64,000 bases of DNA from Enoplolaimus lenunculus (lineage: Eukaryota), in contig JASANG010002365.1 in the NCBI GenBank assembly GCA_030248215.1, positions 310,001 to 374,000 on the forward strand. The letters run 5' to 3'. Positions 39,101 to 52,461 of the stretch are shown here, piece by piece. The position numbers and the translations under genes were made by a program. The number at the start of each line of letters is the position of its first letter. Within the stretch, counting starts at the first letter, position 1. The notes beneath the pieces were generated by a model that saw only the letters and a program-made list of their open reading frames with translations, did not search any database and had not been told where the DNA came from.

Positions 39101-41672
39101 AGAACGCAGAAAAAACCAAATAAATTCGGTTTCAAATATGGTAATTTTTGAATTATTTCAGGTTTGGCTGTACCAACAGTCGGCGTTAATTCGTTTGAAA
39201 CTTGCAAACATCTCGTAGACAAAGTGGTTACCGTTAGGTACGCATTTATTGGCCAATGTAAAGAACAGGGGCGCAACAGTATTATAAGCACATTCCTAAG
39301 CCTAAGCTAAGCCTAAGACTAAGCGTAAGAACGAGTTATTCCTAAGCCTAAGCCTAAGCCTAAGCGTAAGTATGAGCATATTCCTAAGCCTAAGCTAAGC
39401 CTAAGCCTAAGCGTAAGTATGAGCATATTCCTAAGCCTAAGCTAAGCCTAAGCCTAAGCGTAAGTATGAGCATATTCCTAAGCCTATTAAGCCTAAGCCT
39501 AAGCCTAAGCGTAAGTATGAGCATATTCCTAAGCCTATTAAGCCTAAGCCTAAGCCAATCAAAAATTTAGTGTAAAGCTTTAAGCTTACTCTAATACAGT
39601 CCCACAGATAAACGTTCTGCCCCTGATCTTTACATGGGCCCATTTATTTGTACACAAACCTAAATGTTTAATACACAGTAAATTTTTCAAAATATATACA
39701 CTGCAGGAAATGTCTATATCTGTAAACCACCATAGTCCAATTTTGAAAAATTGACTTAAAACAAATAATTATTGTGACGCTTATACTTTGTAACCGTCAT
39801 GAAATTATTGCAAAGTGGGCAATTGTATAGAACAGGGCCGTAACAGTAGTATGTTAGCATTTTCCTAAACCTAAGCAACAAAATAGTCTAAAGTTTAACA
39901 CCTTACATTACCACAGTGTGGCGAAAAAATTGTCCGTGTCCCTGTTCTATTCATGGGCTGCAAAATTTTTTTATTCATCTTGCTGTCTTATGTGCTGGTT
40001 TTTGATTAGCCCATGCATAAAGCTAAAGAACATAGCTAGTAGTATAGCCATACTTCGAAACCTAAGCCTTAGCACAAATATCAGCGTAAGAATAAGTCTA
40101 AGTCTACGCCTTAGCATAAGCCTAAAGTAAAAAAATTAGTCTAAAGCATAAGCTTTTACTCTTTTGAAGTTTCGCCGACAAAACGGCCCGCTCCACAAGC
40201 TATTTGATTGCTTTCAGTGAACAAAGCATTGCGTTGGCAATTTTGCGGCTGGTCGAAATAGAAAAAGCAATCGTAGAAGGTGGCGGCGCTACAGGACTCG
40301 CGGCAATCTTAGAAGGATTACTGCCTGAATTGAAAGGCAAAAAGTTAGACAGCATCCATACGTTTGCTTCAGTGTGCTACATACTGTCAGGCTAGAAAGC
40401 TTGCGTATGCTGTTCACTGAAGCCAAAAAATTTTAGTATGCCACACACCGAAGCCGAAACAACTTAACTGTAAACACAATGAAGCTAATATGGCGTCAGT
40501 GTGCAACGCAATGAAACTTTTTTGGCTTCACAGTGCGCTGAAGCCAAAAAACCTTCAATATGCAGCACACTGAAACCAAAACGCTTCCGTGTCAGCCAGA
40601 TCACCCATCAAAATTCACTTGGTGTACACATGATATTGTGGAATTTGCATAATTCGCTAGCCAGGCCATCATGTTAGAGGACAGCAAACCGTTTCACAGA
40701 GATTTAGTTAAAATTATACCATTAATCTATTTTAGGGTTGTGGTTCCGCTATGCGGTGGCAACATTGATACGACGGTTCTAGGGCGATGCTTAGAAAGAG
40801 GTTTAGCGGTTGATGGTCGATTACGATGTTTTTCAATAACTGTCTCAGATCGACCCGGTGGGATCGCTGATTTAACTGCGTTACTTGCCAGAGAAGGCGC
40901 AAGGTAAACGGTTCGAAATGAAAACTTATTTTTGTTTATCAGTGTGACTCTCATGGTAAATGCTAATATAGAATCGATTAAATTGTTATAAACCAGGTTT
41001 GAAAATTTATGCACCGACTTTGAGTCAATACGTATTTTATATATGGGTTTTGTATCATTCATGTGATATATCGAGGTAAACCAGTCAAACTTTTAGTATA
41101 ATTGCTGCAGGCATTTGAAAAATTTTCAAATAAATACGGCTGCAGCAATTTTTTCTAATCAGTTTGACCAGTTTACCTCAATAATTAATTATCGTTTTGG
41201 CTTATATACATTTTGTTTGAACCTGAATATTTTTGTTGTTAATTTTAAATACAAGTAATTTTTTTGATAACTACTTAGCTAAACGTGTAAATTTATTTCG
41301 ATGATGTTTACAGATTACTTTAATAGGCTATTAATGTAATTGCAGTCATCAAAATTGATATGTCAAAAAATTGCATATCATTCAGAAAAACTGGACTTAG
41401 CACGTCGTGCGGTATAGGCTTAGGAATACTCTTTAATCTACTGTTATGGCCCTAAAAGTAAACATTGGCCACAGCCTGGATGCTGCGTAAAATGTTGTTA
41501 TATTTTGATATTTTTCAGCATTAAAGACATTTACCACGAACGCGCTTGGATCAAATCAGACATATTTTCAGTTCGAGTTCGAATAACAGTTGAAACACAC
41601 GGAATCGACCATTGCGTTGAGCTTGAAAGCGCACTTCGAAAAGTTTATGCTGAAGTTTCAGTGGTTGTTTAA
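25327..41672 (+). CDS. L-threonine/L-serine ammonia-lyase (fold-type II PLP dehydratase) with C-terminal ACT-like domain, 11 exons, 579 aa
   Basis: Exons 25327-25926, 33174-33247, 34491-34536, 35466-35651, 36184-36239, 36998-37160, 38467-38557, 39162-39237, 40218-40343, 40736-40903, 41519-41672 (TAA) sum to 1740 nt with all phases consistent. Motifs: TGSFKERG (PLP Lys), [53 protein letters not shown] (ACT). SAGNH rather than SSGNH favours dehydratase over racemase. Confidence 0.95.
26280..26935. mobile_element. PIF/Harbinger-like non-autonomous element
   Basis: Perfect 23-bp TIR TGCGGGGTTCACGTTATAACCGG, flanked by TAA on both sides (26277-26279, 26936-26938). Confidence 0.8.
33279..33533. 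mobile_element. MITE with CACTGTAAATT...AATTTACAGTG termini and internal TGAGTT/AACTCA repeats
   Basis: Related copies near 33715-33942, 38947-39080, 49098-49350 and 50327-50437. Confidence 0.65.
34249..34457. mobile_element. Telomere-repeat MITE copy
   Basis: Same TIR; near-TSD AAATCATT/GAATCATT. Confidence 0.8.
34920..35067. mobile_element. GC-rich foldback MITE (Harbinger-like)
   Basis: GGATTGCGCTATACTT...AAGTATAGCGCAACCC with TAA/TTA flanks. Relatives near 3390, 24150 and 56010-56145. Confidence 0.6.
36110..36172. repeat. (AT)n microsatellite directly upstream of dehydratase exon 5
   Basis: About 31 AT units ending ~10 nt before the CAG acceptor. Confidence 0.95.
38620..38833. mobile_element. 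Telomere-repeat MITE copy
   Basis: Same TIR; TSD GTTTCAAT. Confidence 0.85.
39251..39640. mobile_element. MITE with GGCC termini, 8-bp TSD and (GCCTAA)n telomere-like core (representative copy)
   Basis: TIR GGCCAATGTAAAGAACAGGGGC...GCCCCTGATCTTTACATGGGCC; TSD CATTTATT at 39243-39250 and 39641-39648. Confidence 0.9.
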
Positions 41673-41756
41673 CGGTTATCGCAACGCAAAACCATACTGG
41701 AAAATCATTTTGACCGGAAATAGAATGGGGGAGGCGCGGCAAGTTAGTGCAGACTG

Positions 41757-42188
41757 CTTAGTAGTGACCCGAACAAGAGGGGGACTGATATTGATTTGTC
41801 CTCTCCAAAGGATACCCCCCCTTGTTATTCGGTTACCGACTGTTATTGATTTGTAACCCGCCCTTCGCCGTCCTTCGTTACTGATCATATATCCGGTTTT
41901 GCAACTATCCGTTGAATTAAACTGTTTTTTGCGTTGCATCAAAATCTTGAACGATAATGCAAGGTTATACTTTGGAATGTTATTTTCAAAACTTAAGTAC
42001 GCTTTAAAGTTTCGAACTCAACCTTATTTCGCCCTGGAGTCATTTATGTGCCACAATTAGAGGTAATTGTCATTTAGGGACTCTATCCGCTTACGGACTC
42101 TTATTAGGGATACGGACTTTTATTAATTGAGACTCAAAATGAAAACCCCCTCTTATTACGCCCCCGTTTTATTCGGGTCACTACAGTA
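41757..42188. mobile_element. MITE with TACTGTAGTGACCCGAATAA-type termini
   Basis: Related copies at 24795-25050, 37915-38362, 43624-43820 and 62888-63070. Superfamily not determined. Confidence 0.65.
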
Positions 42189-42891
42189 ATGATGACATTA
42201 TGCCTTCCTGGGCCTAGCATCATATCTGTTTATAATGTCGACTATTAATGGTGTCACGACAATTCGTCGGCCGACAACTCGGCGCCAGACAACTTGTAAT
42301 TGAAAAATTTCATCTGCTCGTCAAATCATCGCCCATCAGTACGTTTAGGCTTAGGCTTCAGATTACGCTTAGGACTATGATTAATTTTATTCATCGGTTT
42401 TAAACCGCTGTTGTGCTACAAGTTGTCGGGCGACAAATTGTCGTTGATTCGAAAATATAATTCCTGCTGGATATTAAAACAAATTTCAACTCACAATTAA
42501 AAAACAATTTACCAATTGCATATTTTAGGACGCCGTCATTGAAACAGCTGAGGCGTGTGAGGCAAAATGTTTAACTTTTGAAATAAATATTTTGTTATTT
42601 GGTAAAATAAGATTTGTATTTTAAACACATAGCTAAACGTAAATCTCATGCGTTCAAATTCCATGACAAATAATCCCGTAAGCGCAACGATGTATAGAGC
42701 CAATCACAGTGTTGTTTAGAACACGTTTTGTCCCTGTTATACTATTGGGTAACAATTTGTCTGCTTATAAACCCCATATTGTATTCAAAACTCCCAAAGT
42801 TGTCGTCTGGTCTCATCATGCGTAGGTCACTTGGTCACCTTTTTATATTCGACAGTTTGATTTCTGGTCCCTAGGGTGGATTTCCAGCTGC

Positions 42892-43505
42892 TTAAAAGGG
42901 GTCTTTTTCAGTTATCCCGACAGTCCGCGTTTGCCCAAAAGTGGACGGATATTGAAACTTTTGCATGATTGAGCTGTTCCTGATTTGCCCTGATCATTTC
43001 ACACCCAAATTTGAATTTTTGAAAATTTCGATTTTTTAAGGTCTCAAGGTCCCCCTTCGGGACTGATTTTTTTCTACAACCTTAACAAATTATATACCAT
43101 TTGATGCAGTTGGCCTAGCTGAGTCCACCGGTTTTAAATTTTTTGCACTCAGACGATTGGTTAACAAATTATTGTCAGATAACTGATTTGGCACGGACCT
43201 AAATCGTTGGCAGCTCGCCAATTGACAATAACTCGTTGACCATTCGTCTGATTACAAAACATTTAACACCATTAAACTCAGTTATGCAAGCTGCATTGAA
43301 TGTTACATTTATCCTACTTTTTGGCAATTTTTTGGGACCTAGAGGGGGACGAGTGGCCTTAAAAAAATCGAATTTTTTAAAAATACAAATTTGGCGTTGA
43401 AATGATCAGAGCAGGCCATGAGAAGCTTAAATATGCAAAAAGTGTCAAAATCTGACCACTTTTCGGAAAACGCGGGTTGGGGAGATAACCGAAAATACCC
43501 GTTAA
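42892..43505. mobile_element. Diverged long-TIR non-autonomous element flanked by TTAA
   Basis: GGGGTCTTTTTCAGTTATCCCGACAGTCCGCGTTTGCCCAAAAGTGG is matched in reverse complement by CCACTTTTCGGAAAACGCGGGTTGGGGAGATAACCGAAAATACCC. Confidence 0.5.
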
Positions 43506-43549
43506 AAGGTCTGAAGTCCTGGTTCAACGCAAAGGTTTAGTGTACGGTC

Positions 43550-43942
43550 CAGTGGCGGATCCAGGATCTCAAAATGGGGGTTGGGGCTAAAATTTCACAG
43601 GTAATTAACTTATTTTTGACCAATACTGTAGTGACCCAAATAAGAGGAGGGTCCCCATTTTGAGTCCCAATTAATAGGAGTCCGTATCCCTAATAAGAGT
43701 CCGTAAGCGGGCAGAGTCCTTAAACCCTTGTTAGAGTCCATAACTGTCTATTATCCATAATTGTAGCGCATAAATGACTCCAGGGCCAAATAAAGGTGAG
43801 TTCCAAACTTTAAAGCGTGCTTATACTATTGTGTATAAAACAGAGAAATAAACAGCGTAGAACAGCAGTTGACACTATATAATTTTTGTCGAGATGCTGT
43901 TGGGGGTGCACAGCCGGGTGGGGCCCCATGGATCCGCCATTG
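43550..43942. mobile_element. hAT-like MITE (CAGTGGCGGATCC termini) with nested fragment
   Basis: CAGTGGCGGATCC...GGATCCGCCATTG; perfect 8-bp TSD GTACGGTC at 43542-43549 and 43943-43950. Confidence 0.85.
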
Positions 43943-44660
43943 GTACGGTCCCCAATAGTTAACACTGGTGCACTGCTTTGCGCACATGTAAATTTTCTGA
44001 CGAATTGTTTCTAGTTCGTTACCGCGTACTAAACTCAATTTTAGAATAAGCTTTTTAGTTACAGTAGTTGTATTACGGTATACCTGTTTCATGTAAACGC
44101 TAGAATATTCAACATTAATTGTAGGTCTACGATCAACCATTTGGAATGCAACTGTTTATCACCGTTGGTCCACGTAACCATCATGGGCCGAACTGTGCGG
44201 AACTGCAGTATAGCGTAACTTTAAGCTTCAGACAATTTTTCGCTTAGGCTTAGGTGCATTAGCTCAATTTTATGCTTAGGTTCAAGCTTAGGCTTAAGCT
44301 TAGGCTTAGGAATAAGCTTATACTACAGTTACGACGCTGTTGTAGGTATACATTTGACGCCAAACTTGTATCTTTCAGTATTTTGTGACCGGATATCATA
44401 AACGTGCTGAGGCAATCAAATAATCCTGTCCACGCCAAAAAAATTAGCATTGTAGATGTATAACAGCTTTCACATTAATACGTCACTCTGTGATTTTGAA
44501 TCTGAACGGAATTTTTCAAGCTTAAACCAAAATCCGCTTCCAAACATCAAAGCTATGCCGACCATTATTGGCGTTCAGATTAGACGACGAATCGAATTTA
44601 AATAGGCTGTTGGCAGAAGGCAGAGTCGATTTTGTACATTAGACAACTTTGATTCGTTCG

Positions 44661-47600
44661 TTACGCCTTTGTGACTGGCTTTCTGTGACTGACTTCGCCA
44701 TCCAACGGCCGATATCTGGTCCATTGCCGCCAACCACCTTCGTACAAGCGCACGTTATACCCGAGTTGATAGAGTACAAAATAGACTACACTCGCTTCAA
44801 GCTCGTTACTACCATATATTATTGTTAACCGCTCTGGTGATATGCTTCGTTTGTACAATTGTCGTCGAACTCGTCCAAAATCTCGAAACACATCTGCCGA
44901 TGGTTGCAGTTCGTCGATCAGGCTGGCGTTGTTGGCTTTGTCTGCGAATAATTCGTCGCTTGATGAGCTATCGTCGCGTTCAGAATATTGACCAATCACC
45001 AACGAAGCTGGAAAATGAACTGCTCCGGGTATGTGTCCCGGATAGTCACCAAGATTCGGATCCAGTCGAGTTTTGCCGTCGTACAACGCCATTGGTCGAA
45101 CGTCAATGATTTGAGCGGAACGTTTTTCGATATCTTGATTTTGTTGTAATTCGTCGACAATTTCGGCTAAATCTTCGACCGCGATCGATGTATACGGATC
45201 CCAGCCTGCTAGCGCGTCACCTCTGGTCTTGACTCGACCGTCAGGCGTTCCAATTTCCACCGGATATCCTTGTCGTAGCCATGCTGGCATACCCCCTTGA
45301 AGAACTGCGACCCTTCTCAACGCGTATGTCTTAAATATCCACCACGCCCATGTAGCTAGCGCAAGTGGTGAGTCTAGAGTTATTGTCTCGCTTCCAGACG
45401 TCAGACCGTCTGTATCTTGGCCACGGTTATAAATTAGCACACTGCAATCAGCTTCAAGCCCAAGCGACCGGATATACTCGGAAAACACTCTCGGATGCAT
45501 CAAATGACGTGTACCTTCGGCGGCGTTCAGGATTATAATTTTGCCTGGACTGAAATGCCGGGCCGACGGCAGATGGCCCTGGTCTGATTCGTATCGTTGT
45601 TGTGGGCCAACTTCCAGAATGCAATACTGACGAGACGATTTCGAATCGGCGGAACCTAGGGATACTGATTTGGCCATGTCGCGGTTCAACAGATCAGCGG
45701 TTAGTAGCTCGTAGTGCCCCATCGGGGTACGTAACGGTGCCGCGGGTCCAGTTGAATGTTGCCGTTCCATAAATGATCCGTCGACCTTGAAACAAACGTG
45801 GACAATGGGAACCGTGATGGGGTTTTCAAAAAATGGACGTCTAGGCAAAAGAATTAAATTGATACAAAAACCAGCAGTCCATGAGACAGGGATGCCCCGT
45901 TGTCAACCCTCATTTCTCTGGTGATACCTCGACCACCAAAAGGCCTTCCCCCCAGAGAGAAGGTACAACCGGAGGTCTGCGTCCGGCGCCTTCAGCAAAT
46001 CGGCGTCCGGCTCGGGCTCCTATAGTATATTTGCCGACGGTTCTGGCAATTTCGGAAGTAAAATTTTGCATAATTTTGCAAAATTTATATGTTTAGCGCG
46101 TTTCGTTTTGCATTTGTCACAGTTTTTAGGAGAGAATTTTCGAAATGTCGCAGAAAATTAACGTTAAATCAAACAACTGAACAATATATTGCAAATATTG
46201 GCTAAAATTAACTCATTAACCATCATTTGTACTACCTAATTTCGCCTCACCTCCGGCTCCGGCAAGTTTCGTTGACCTCCGGCTCCAACTCCGACTTTGG
46301 TACTTTTCACCTCCGCTTGCCCCTGTTAGACAGGGGCACCCTCGCTGTCAACTCCCATTTCTATGGTTAAACTTCGAGAACCAAAAGACTTCCAAGAGAT
46401 AATGAGAATTTCAATTTTGCTAATTGCGTGTAAATTTATAATTTTAAGATACTGAAATAAATTGCTAAGTAAGCAGACAAATTAATCTTTAATTTTTCTA
46501 CATTTTTTGCTAAAAATATACATTAACACAACAGCTGTAAGCCAACAAAAACTTCATTGGATTTGAGAATCGTGAAAATTTCTGGCAAGATTCTTTTAGT
46601 CATTTTAAGTTTTGCTTTTTCGTTAAAAAAGTTTATAAAACTTACCGGTTCCGACTGTGACGATATGAAACCGCCGGCGACAAAAAACGCAATCAACGCA
46701 ACAACAACAACAATTAACAAAATGACAAATAAAACGATCAGACAGCAAATCCAACAGTTCCATGCTGGTTTCTGAAACAAATTTGTAGACAAATTTTTCA
46801 AATTTAAAATCAATATTTCGGCACTTTGGTCCGTGAAATTTAAAATTTCAACCCAGGTAAACAACTCGTCTGTACACTGCAAAAAATGGTGAGTCTAAAT
46901 TCACTCACTCCGAAATAGGCTCTACGGGACTACACAAACTGAGTCAAATTCGACTCCGCCAGAGACAAATGTGCCGCTCAGTGAGTCGAATGTGACTCTG
47001 GTGGAGTCAAATTTTGACTCAATTTGTGTAGTCCCGTGCCTATTTCAAAGGAAGTCTATTTGATTCACCATTTTTAGCAGTGTAGTATATTGCATATTTC
47101 TAAGCCTAAAAGTATAAGCCTAAGCAAAAAAATAGTTAAAGACTTAAGCTTACTTTATTGCAATCGCACGCCAAAAACTGCCCGCCCGTGTTCTATACAT
47201 TGGCCAAAATTTTCATGTTTATGCGCTTTTGGCATAAGTTTGAGCGTTTGAACTCAGTTTAATTATTGTTGAACTGATGCATTTACTAAAATTTTCATAT
47301 TGCAAAAATGTTTGTCCGCATTTCAATTGCGCAGAAGCAACTTTATCAGATGCATTATGTAATGAATTAATTTTGTTTAATTAACTTAAAATGGTTGTAA
47401 ATTTAAAATTAAATTTCAGTTAAATTATATACATAAATTCACTTGAAAAGGGGTCAACTCGTTCCACGTTTGTCATACGTTAATATCTTAAATTTTCAGG
47501 CAAATACAAATTGCTATAGAAATGGTACTTATTGTCGTTTCAAGGCAATAGTTTCAACCGTTACTGTTCATTATTTTCCAAAACTTTAGGCCTAAGGCCC

Positions 47601-48499
47601 ATATTGTCAAATGCGTATAGCACCTATAATCAGTTAGCGATAGATTTTCAAACACATCATCTGCAGTTGCAGATCTCAAAATTGCTACAGAAGTCGGGCA
47701 AGTCAAACGCGAACAAAGCGCTGAATTTGGAACCTCACGATGCGCTCGTTACAAAGTTACACAACCTATCCGCAACTCGCCCATGTTACTTTAAGGTACG
47801 TCCAAGTTTCTGGTGGCTCCATAAAAGAGTAGATTTAGATTCTAGATTACGTTTTTAATGCTTAGGCTTAGGAATACGTTTAATCTACTGTTACGCCCCT
47901 TAAAGTAACATTGGCCCCCAACTGGTGGTAAGCGCTACACACATTTGAGCATACGGGTTTACAGTTCTGCGCTAAGCGTTTACCTCAACCAATTTTATTA
48001 ATCAAGTAAATATGGGTGATGGTGAACTTAACCTTTTCTCACTTGAATATTTTCTATTTCCCCTGAGACCTACTTTTATGCTAGGATTCGAACTCCGGTG
48101 GCTGGAGTTGGAGGCGTATACCATCACCACTCAGGTATAGGAGCTTGACGCTCGAGCCCGAGGGTGCTCTCACGTCTTGTGGTGATTTAGTACTATGTAT
48201 ACGTGTTGCAATTGTTAAACACGGTGCGATATATACCATTTAACGTATATACACTGCACTGAGTTGCCGATAGGCAACTAAATGTGAGAAGGGGTAAGGA
48301 ACCAGCTAAAGATCCGGCTAACCTCATTTTCGATGACGACATTTGGCCCGTTGACATCCAACGCTCCGTTCGGATGCGGTCCAGCATAAAAGGATCGCTC
48401 AGTTGTGTAATAAAGCTTCGGTGGCGTTGTATGCGCGGCAGTTCGCAATTCTGAATGACTCCCATTACCTGGTTGATGACGTCCGTTGTGAGTTATCAT
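44661..48499 (-). CDS. Tandem-rhodanese (MPST/TST-like) protein with N-terminal transmembrane anchor; catalytic Cys absent
   Basis: Exons 48499-48323 (ATG...IENE|gttagc), 46771-46646 (tttcag|KPAWNCWICCLIVLFVILLIVVVVALIAFFVAGG...EP|gtaagt) and 45785-44661 (tttcaag|VDGSF...TAA), all phase 0, giving 475 aa. Rhodanese motifs GHLPSA, VAVLQGG..AW..QGYP, IIDVRP..YDG, GHIPGA, LYEGGWRQW. The rhodanese exon is secure; joining of the upstream exons is inferred. Confidence 0.8.
46875..47082. mobile_element. Foldback MITE with CACTG termini and TA flanks
   Basis: CACTGCAAAAAATGGTGA...TCACCATTTTTAGCAGTG; almost wholly palindromic. Confidence 0.7.
48032..48294. mobile_element. Short TIR element with internal tRNA-like A/B boxes
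   Basis: TTAA|CCTTTTCTCAC...GTGAGAAGGGG; near-identical to 60890-61152. Confidence 0.8.
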
Positions 48500-48733
48500 T
48501 ATTAGTCGATTTTATTAATTTCTAAACAAATATTTGACTCTTGTATATTTTTGCATTCATATTTGACGGTATTTATTGCTCAGGCTTAAGCTAAGACTGA
48601 GGCTTGAATAAACGTTTAGGAGAAAGCTTATACTCAAGCTTAGATCGTCCTTTTACTAAATTTAAACCTGAGCCTAAAAGAATGTGGCGAAAACTGTATA
48701 AGAGATGAACATTTGCTATAAGTTTGACAGCTC

Positions 48734-48893
48734 GGCCAATGTAAAGAACAGGGGCGGAACAGTATTATAAGCATCTTCCTAAGCCTAAAGTTTAAGCGTA
48801 AGCCTAGCTAAGCAAACAAGTTAATCTAAAACTTAAGCTTACTCTATTGCAGTCCCACAGAAAAACGTTCCGCCGCTGATCTTTATATTAGCC
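48734..48893. mobile_element. Telomere-repeat MITE copy
   Basis: Same TIR; TSD GACAGCTC. Confidence 0.85.
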
Positions 48894-51270
48894 GACAGCT
48901 CGAATACAAACGTTCAAAAATATGCTTGTCAGTAAACACGTTACCGTTGGTTCGTCTTATACCAAAAGTGCCCCAACATTGCTACGATGTGCATGTTAAG
49001 ACCAATGTTACTTTTATGGCCGTAACAGTAGATTAAGCATATCTTTAAGCCGAAGACTGTCGAAGCGTTGAAAAGTGTAAACCTAAACCTAAAGCCTACA
49101 CTGTAAATTCCGACGAGCTGATTATAATCAACTCAGAGAACGAATTAGTGATTTTTGGTTACTTGTGAGCTGAAAACAGCAAGCATTAACTCGCTCTGAA
49201 GTGATTTAATTCCGAATGAGTTGATGAATTAACTCAAAATGAGTTGTTTCAATTCAAAATTCTGAGTTCTGAAACGCCTACTTCAGAGGTCAGACTTCTG
49301 AGTGGATTCAACTCATTTTGAGTTAAAATCAACTCACTGCTATTTACTATGTAAGCAAAAATGTGGTCTAAACTCTCATGCCTACTCTATCGCAGTGTCA
49401 CCGAAAACAGAGCGGCCCTAAAATTAACATGGGTCGACGTTTAGTTAAACGCTAACATCAGCCAAACTGAACCATTCGAAGCTTTCATTTGAACTGGACC
49501 AGAAATATACCATAACGTTCTACCTTTAGTTCTTAGGTTAACCATTTGATACTGGGGACCATGTTACTTTTAGGTCATTTCCCGTTTCTGGTGGTTCTGT
49601 AAATGAGTAAACTTTGATTGTAGACTGCATTTTTTGCTGAATCTTAAGATTAGGCTTAGAAATGCACTTTTTCAACGTTTAGGCTGAGGCTTAGGCTTAG
49701 GAATACGCTTATACTGTTACGACCCTAAAAGTATCATCGGCCGTTACTGGTATGGGGCCCATGTATAAAACAGAACCGGAACAGTAGTATAAGCATATTC
49801 CTAAGCTTAAGCCTAAGCCTAAGCTTAAGCGTAAGGATGATCCTACTCCTAAGTTTAAGCTTAAGCCTAAGCAAAAAAATTAGTCTAAAGCTTAAACTGA
49901 CTCTATTGTAGCCCCTTCGGAAAACGATCCGGCCTTGTTCTATACATAGGTCTTGGTGTGGAAAATATTTCCTACCAACGGAAGCATGATGGAGTGGCAT
50001 ATTAGCACACCTTCGGACTGCCGGATTAAATAATGTAACCTAAATGCATTTCGATGTCACTTATGTGACGCCAAAATTGAATATTTTTCATATATATACA
50101 TTATTCAGACATTCTTTTAAATTTTCAGTTAATATTTTGCTCTAAAACTTATCAGTTCCATACAATACTTCTTGATGGGTATTTGTAATAGGAACGTGAA
50201 CATTTTTTAAGCTGCGGTACTTAAACTTTTTAAATTATTAAGTGCTATTAATTTTTGAAATACGGACGAATTAAATGGGACGTTTTTATTCGTAGATAAT
50301 ATCTTCGCTACCAATACTGCAGTTAATACACTGTAAATTCCAATCAATTCAGAGTTCTGAGTTCTGAAAGAGTTGCTCCGACCTCTGAGTCGATAAAACT
50401 CATTCTGAGTTAAAATCAACTTGCTGAAATTCACAGAGTAACAGTAGCATAAGCATATTCCTAAGCATAAGCCGAAGCGTATGAATGAGCTTATACCTCA
50501 GCCTAAGCCTAAGCAAAAAAGAGTATAGTTTAAATCTTAAACTTGTTCTATTACACTCTCGAAGCAGAACGTTCCGCTCCTGATCTTTACATAGGTAAGT
50601 CCAAGGTAAACGTTTGTTGGCTTGTTTTCCAAAACCTTGTATATGTAAACCACAAATTTAGCGCAGTAGCAAGGACTTCATATCGAAGCGAAACAACAGC
50701 GTTTAAATCTGTTTTGCGAACGAACGGATGCTAGAAACGTGAGCTCTTACAAAATTTCAGCCAGTTATTAATAACCTGGATGTAACCGGATATCCGTTTC
50801 CGGTAAAAATCAGTGTCCGTTTCCTTTTCCGGTTCCGTTATAAAAATAACGAAAATTCTATTCACGTTTATATCTGGTTATTTTTCATTACACATATGTT
50901 GCGATTTTCCAAAATGGAATAAAAAATACGAAATTCATTCATATTCTTAAAAATGTCGATGCACGGTGAATATTTGCATATCTCTATTGCGTTGACAGAA
51001 AAATATAATAACTTTGAAATTTTTTTACCTCAACATTCATTTTCCGTTTCCGTTATTTTTACTATACTTTTGCAGCCTGTTAAATAATCTTTAGTTATTT
51101 TTAGCATATATCTAGAAATTTTCGGAAGCGACCCTATTCGATCGCCCTATGCTTCCCTGACCAGTATTTCAACAACCTTAGTATACCACCAATACATACC
51201 ATGATGTCATGTACTTGGCACAAGTACAAGTAATTTCTACATTTTGATTTATTTAAAAGCTCCAAACGAC

Positions 51271-51497
51271 CGCCCATGTAAAAATCAGGGGCAGAACGTT
51301 TTTCTGTGGGACTGCAATAGAGTAAGCTTAAGCCTTAATTTTTTTGCTTAGCCTAGACTTAGGCTTAGGCTTAGGAATATGCTCATTATTACGCTTAGGC
51401 TTAGGCTTAGGAATATGCTCATTATTACGCTTAGGCTTAGTTTTAGGCTTAGGAATATGCTTATAACACTGTTCTAGCCCTGTTCTTTACATTGGCC
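51271..51497. mobile_element. Telomere-repeat MITE copy
   Basis: Same TIR; near-TSD CAAACGAC/CAAATGAC. Confidence 0.8.
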
Positions 51498-52461
51498 CAA
51501 ATGACTATGACATACGTCAGCGATTTAGACGCCGTTTTAAGCTAAAACGAAACCATTCGATAACAATGAAAAGTAATAGATTACCGCACCAGAATGGGTA
51601 AATTGTAAAAATAACGCAACATTATAGACTTATAACCCTTGTATGCCCATCCTAATAATTTTCCAGCCCACTCCTAGCAAGGTGACCTAGCTACGAGCTT
51701 AGAGTACTGCAGAAGTGAACGTTAAAACTGCAGTTTGCGTTGTATTTTCTGCGCGTTAACCCAGTAAAATATTATATCGATGACAAAGACTCGTTTGCTA
51801 GCGTTTCGTGCTGCGCAATCGTTATTGCACATCGTTCAATTGGCAGTTACGTTTTTTGCGTTTGCAATTTTTAGGAAAAAATTGTAACTGCAAACAGTTT
51901 TACTGCAAAGAAATGATTCACAGTTGCAATATTGCAAGTTTTTTCTATGAAATTACGAATTTTTGCTATTAACATTTATGCAAATTTGAACCTTCTTTTA
52001 TATATTTGACACTTTTATCGAAGCTGGCAGTATTGATAAAATAAGTTCTAAAAAGAACGTTTATTTGAAATTGAAAACTTTAATGACCAATGTAAAGACC
52101 AGAGGTGGAACAGTATTATAAGCATATTTCTAATCCTATGCCTAAGCCTAAGCCTGAGCGTAAAATGAGCATATTCCTAAGCTTAAGCCTAAGCCTAAAA
52201 GCCTAAGTGTAAGAATGAGTTTATTCCTAAGCCTAAGCCTAATTCTAAGCGAAACAAAAAATTAGTCGTAAGCTTAAGCTTATTCTGTTTTAGTCCCACA
52301 GAAAACGTTCCGCCCCTGATCTTTAAATGAACCATTTTAATAAACAATATTAAGAAAAATAATTACACCAGCTGGCTGCGGTGGGTTTATAAGCAACACA
52401 GTTTTTAGGAAAATCAACGTTTCAAAATCAAAAACATTCTGTTGGAAAACATTGGTGAATG

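Noticed and set aside
39290..39560. True telomere or chromosome-fusion scar
   Set aside because: The arrays are short, degenerate and enclosed by TIRs with TSDs.
45786..45848. TTG start or the acceptor at 45841 for the rhodanese ORF
   Set aside because: A TTG start is unlikely in an animal. The 45841 acceptor is out of phase with the TM exon and hits TGA. The phase-0 acceptor at 45786 fits, though it needs RNA confirmation.
25327..48499. Functional sulfur/amino-acid cluster of dehydratase plus sulfurtransferase
   Set aside because: The genes are convergent, the rhodanese lacks its catalytic Cys, and adjacency alone is not evidence.
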